Of a stretch of 64,000 bases of DNA, positions 62,881-64,000 are shown one piece after another (the stretch's first letter is position 1; every line of letters begins with the position of its first letter). Position numbers and translations under genes: made by a program. This DNA comes from Polyangia bacterium (GTDB lineage Bacteria; Myxococcota_A; Polyangia; Polyangiales; JAUICN01). Under the pieces are notes generated by a model, which made no database searches, was not told the origin of the DNA, and worked only from the letters and a program-made list of their open reading frames with translations. The stretch is taken from positions 81,929 to 145,928 of the forward strand of contig JAUICN010000001.1 in the NCBI GenBank assembly GCA_030427835.1, written 5' to 3'.

Positions 62881-64000
62881 GTGTCTAACGTAGGAAACAC
62901 AGGGCCGAGCGAAACCATCGGTTGGGGTCGATTGGCGGCGGGGCTTTCGGGGGCGGCGTTGTTGTTTGCGTTGATGTGGCTGCTGCCCGTGCCCGTTTCG
63001 GATCCCGCCCACCACTTGTTGGCGGTATTTGTGGCCGTGGTGTTTCTGTGGGTCACCGAAGTGCTCCCTGTGGGTGCCACCGCGTTGATGATTGCGCCGC
63101 TCATGATTCTGTCAGGTGTGACCGACGCGAAAAGCGCGTTTGAGCCCTACGCCCATCCATTGCTTTACCTGTTTGTGGGTGGGTTCATGATCGCGCGCGC
63201 CATGGCTCGGCACGGGTTGGACCGTCGCATTGCGCTTAGCCTGGTGTCGATTCCCTGGCTGGGCAGTTCCCCCGCGCGCGTACGCATGGCGTTCATGGCC
63301 ACGGGGCTGTTGCTCTCCATGTGGATCAGCAACGTGGCGACCACCGCAATTTTGGTACCCATCCTGTTGGGGCTGATCGGGGATGAAACGTCCGAAGGCC
63401 CGGGTCCCGTTCTCTCGGGGGGCGTATTGAGCCTGGCCTACGCCTGTAGTGTGGGCGGCCTGGGCACACCGGTGGGCAGCCCTCCCAATCTAATCGCCAT
63501 GACGGCGCTGCAGGAATCCGGGTTTGAGTTCACGTTTTTGGACTGGGTGAAAATCGGTTTGCCCACGTCGATCCTGATGATCGGCATGATGTACCTGGTG
63601 CTCCAATGGATGAGCCCTCCACCTGCAATCCGGGCCGGGGTTTCCCAATCAAGCAAACACCTCACGCACGGTACTGCGGAACCACAGGTCAAGGGTGTGG
63701 GGCCATGGTCCCGAGGGGAACGGGTCACGGCCGTTTCCTTTGGCTTGGCCGTGGTGGGTTGGATTGCCCCCGGTATTTTGGTTGCGCTCGAAGCCCCGGC
63801 GGCACAGTGGTTTGAGCAGTACCTTCCCCCGGCGGCGGTGGCCATGTTTGCGGTGGCCGTGTTGTTTGCCGTGCCCGCCCACAGACCTACCAAGTCGCTC
63901 GCAAGCAGTTCCGCAGGCAAGCTGCCGGTTCCCCGGGTTTTGCCCTGGAGCGACGCGGCCAGGATCGATTGGGGGGTGGTGGTGCTGTTCGGCGGTGGGA
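62881..64000 (+). CDS. DASS/SLC13-type (ArsB/NhaD superfamily) anion permease, 5' part; the ORF runs off the window
   Basis: My own translation of this frame. It is absent from the ORF track because it has no stop in the window. VFVAVVFLWVTEVLPVGATALMIAPLMIL, LYLFVGGFMIARAMARHGLDRRIAL, MWISNVATTAILVPILLGL, CSVGGLGTPVGSPPNLIA. GTG at 62881 is a tentative start. Confidence 0.65.
   Translation, partial: MSNVGNTGPSETIGWGRLAAGLSGAALLFALMWLLPVPVSDPAHHLLAVFVAVVFLWVTEVLPVGATALMIAPLMILSGVTDAKSAFEPYAHPLLYLFVGGFMIARAMARHGLDRRIALSLVSIPWLGSSPARVRMAFMATGLLLSMWISNVATTAILVPILLGLIGDETSEGPGPVLSGGVLSLAYACSVGGLGTPVGSPPNLIAMTALQESGFEFTFLDWVKIGLPTSILMIGMMYLVLQWMSPPPAIRAGVSQSSKHLTHGTAEPQVKGVGPWSRGERVTAVSFGLAVVGWIAPGILVALEAPAAQWFEQYLPPAAVAMFAVAVLFAVPAHRPTKSLASSSAGKLPVPRVLPWSDAARIDWGVVVLFGGG

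Overview
High-GC, densely coding chromosomal window. I see no rRNA, CRISPR array, transposase or phage genes. Several markers suggest a Myxococcota-like organism (inference only): MYXO-CTERM-like sorting tails, an OmpA protein with thrombospondin type-3 repeats, a long-form GspL-M-N set, and many FHA, PP2C and TPR proteins.

Gene blocks in order:
- 1-7.6 kb: distal end of a type II secretion operon (pseudopilin, gspJ-K-L-M-N), running straight into an RpoH-family sigma factor and rsmI.
- 7.6-13.5 kb, minus strand: outer-membrane barrel, PP2C phosphatase fused to a cNMP-binding domain, GH15 hydrolase, exported Ig-like protein.
- 13.5-16 kb: small plus-strand cassette containing an orphan FliH/SctL-like gene.
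- 16-20.3 kb, minus strand: FHA-TPR protein, OmpA with TSP3 repeats, hypothetical.
- 20.4-22.3 kb: MTA phosphorylase and a PfkB kinase.
- 22.5-27.3 kb: two lipoprotein genes. The second looks like two exported proteins joined in frame.
- 27.6-32.4 kb: tRNA-Leu(UAA), UPF0182 membrane protein, a Csp, pdxH.
- 32.5-40.7 kb: two tandem SGNH hydrolases, a 1463-aa TPR protein, a MerR-TPR regulator.
- 40.8-51.3 kb: phosphoesterase and a CNNM/CorC transporter, then argG, then a co-directional string hslV-hslU-argB-argD-argF plus an Hsp70-like ATPase.
- 51.6-55.6 kb: xerC, trmFO, dprA.
- 55.6-64 kb: two paralogous LRR lipoproteins, a membrane-anchored PD-(D/E)xK-like protein, a large L,D-transpeptidase, and the start of a DASS/SLC13-type permease.

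I cannot show a complete, clearly novel multi-gene system from sequence alone. The best candidates for follow-up are:
- the orphan FliH/SctL cassette (13.5-16 kb)
- the fused two-module surface lipoprotein with an internal MYXO-CTERM-like tail (23.8-27.3 kb)
- the repeat-bearing Hsp70-like gene in the arg string (44.6-45.8 kb)
- the nested 26/13-bp CTAG repeat array between argB and argD (48.1-48.2 kb)
- the duplicated AT-rich promoter/operator-like unit upstream of hslVU (51.4-51.5 kb)
- the tandem LRR lipoproteins (55.7-59.0 kb)

All product calls come from motif recognition by eye. No database search was run.
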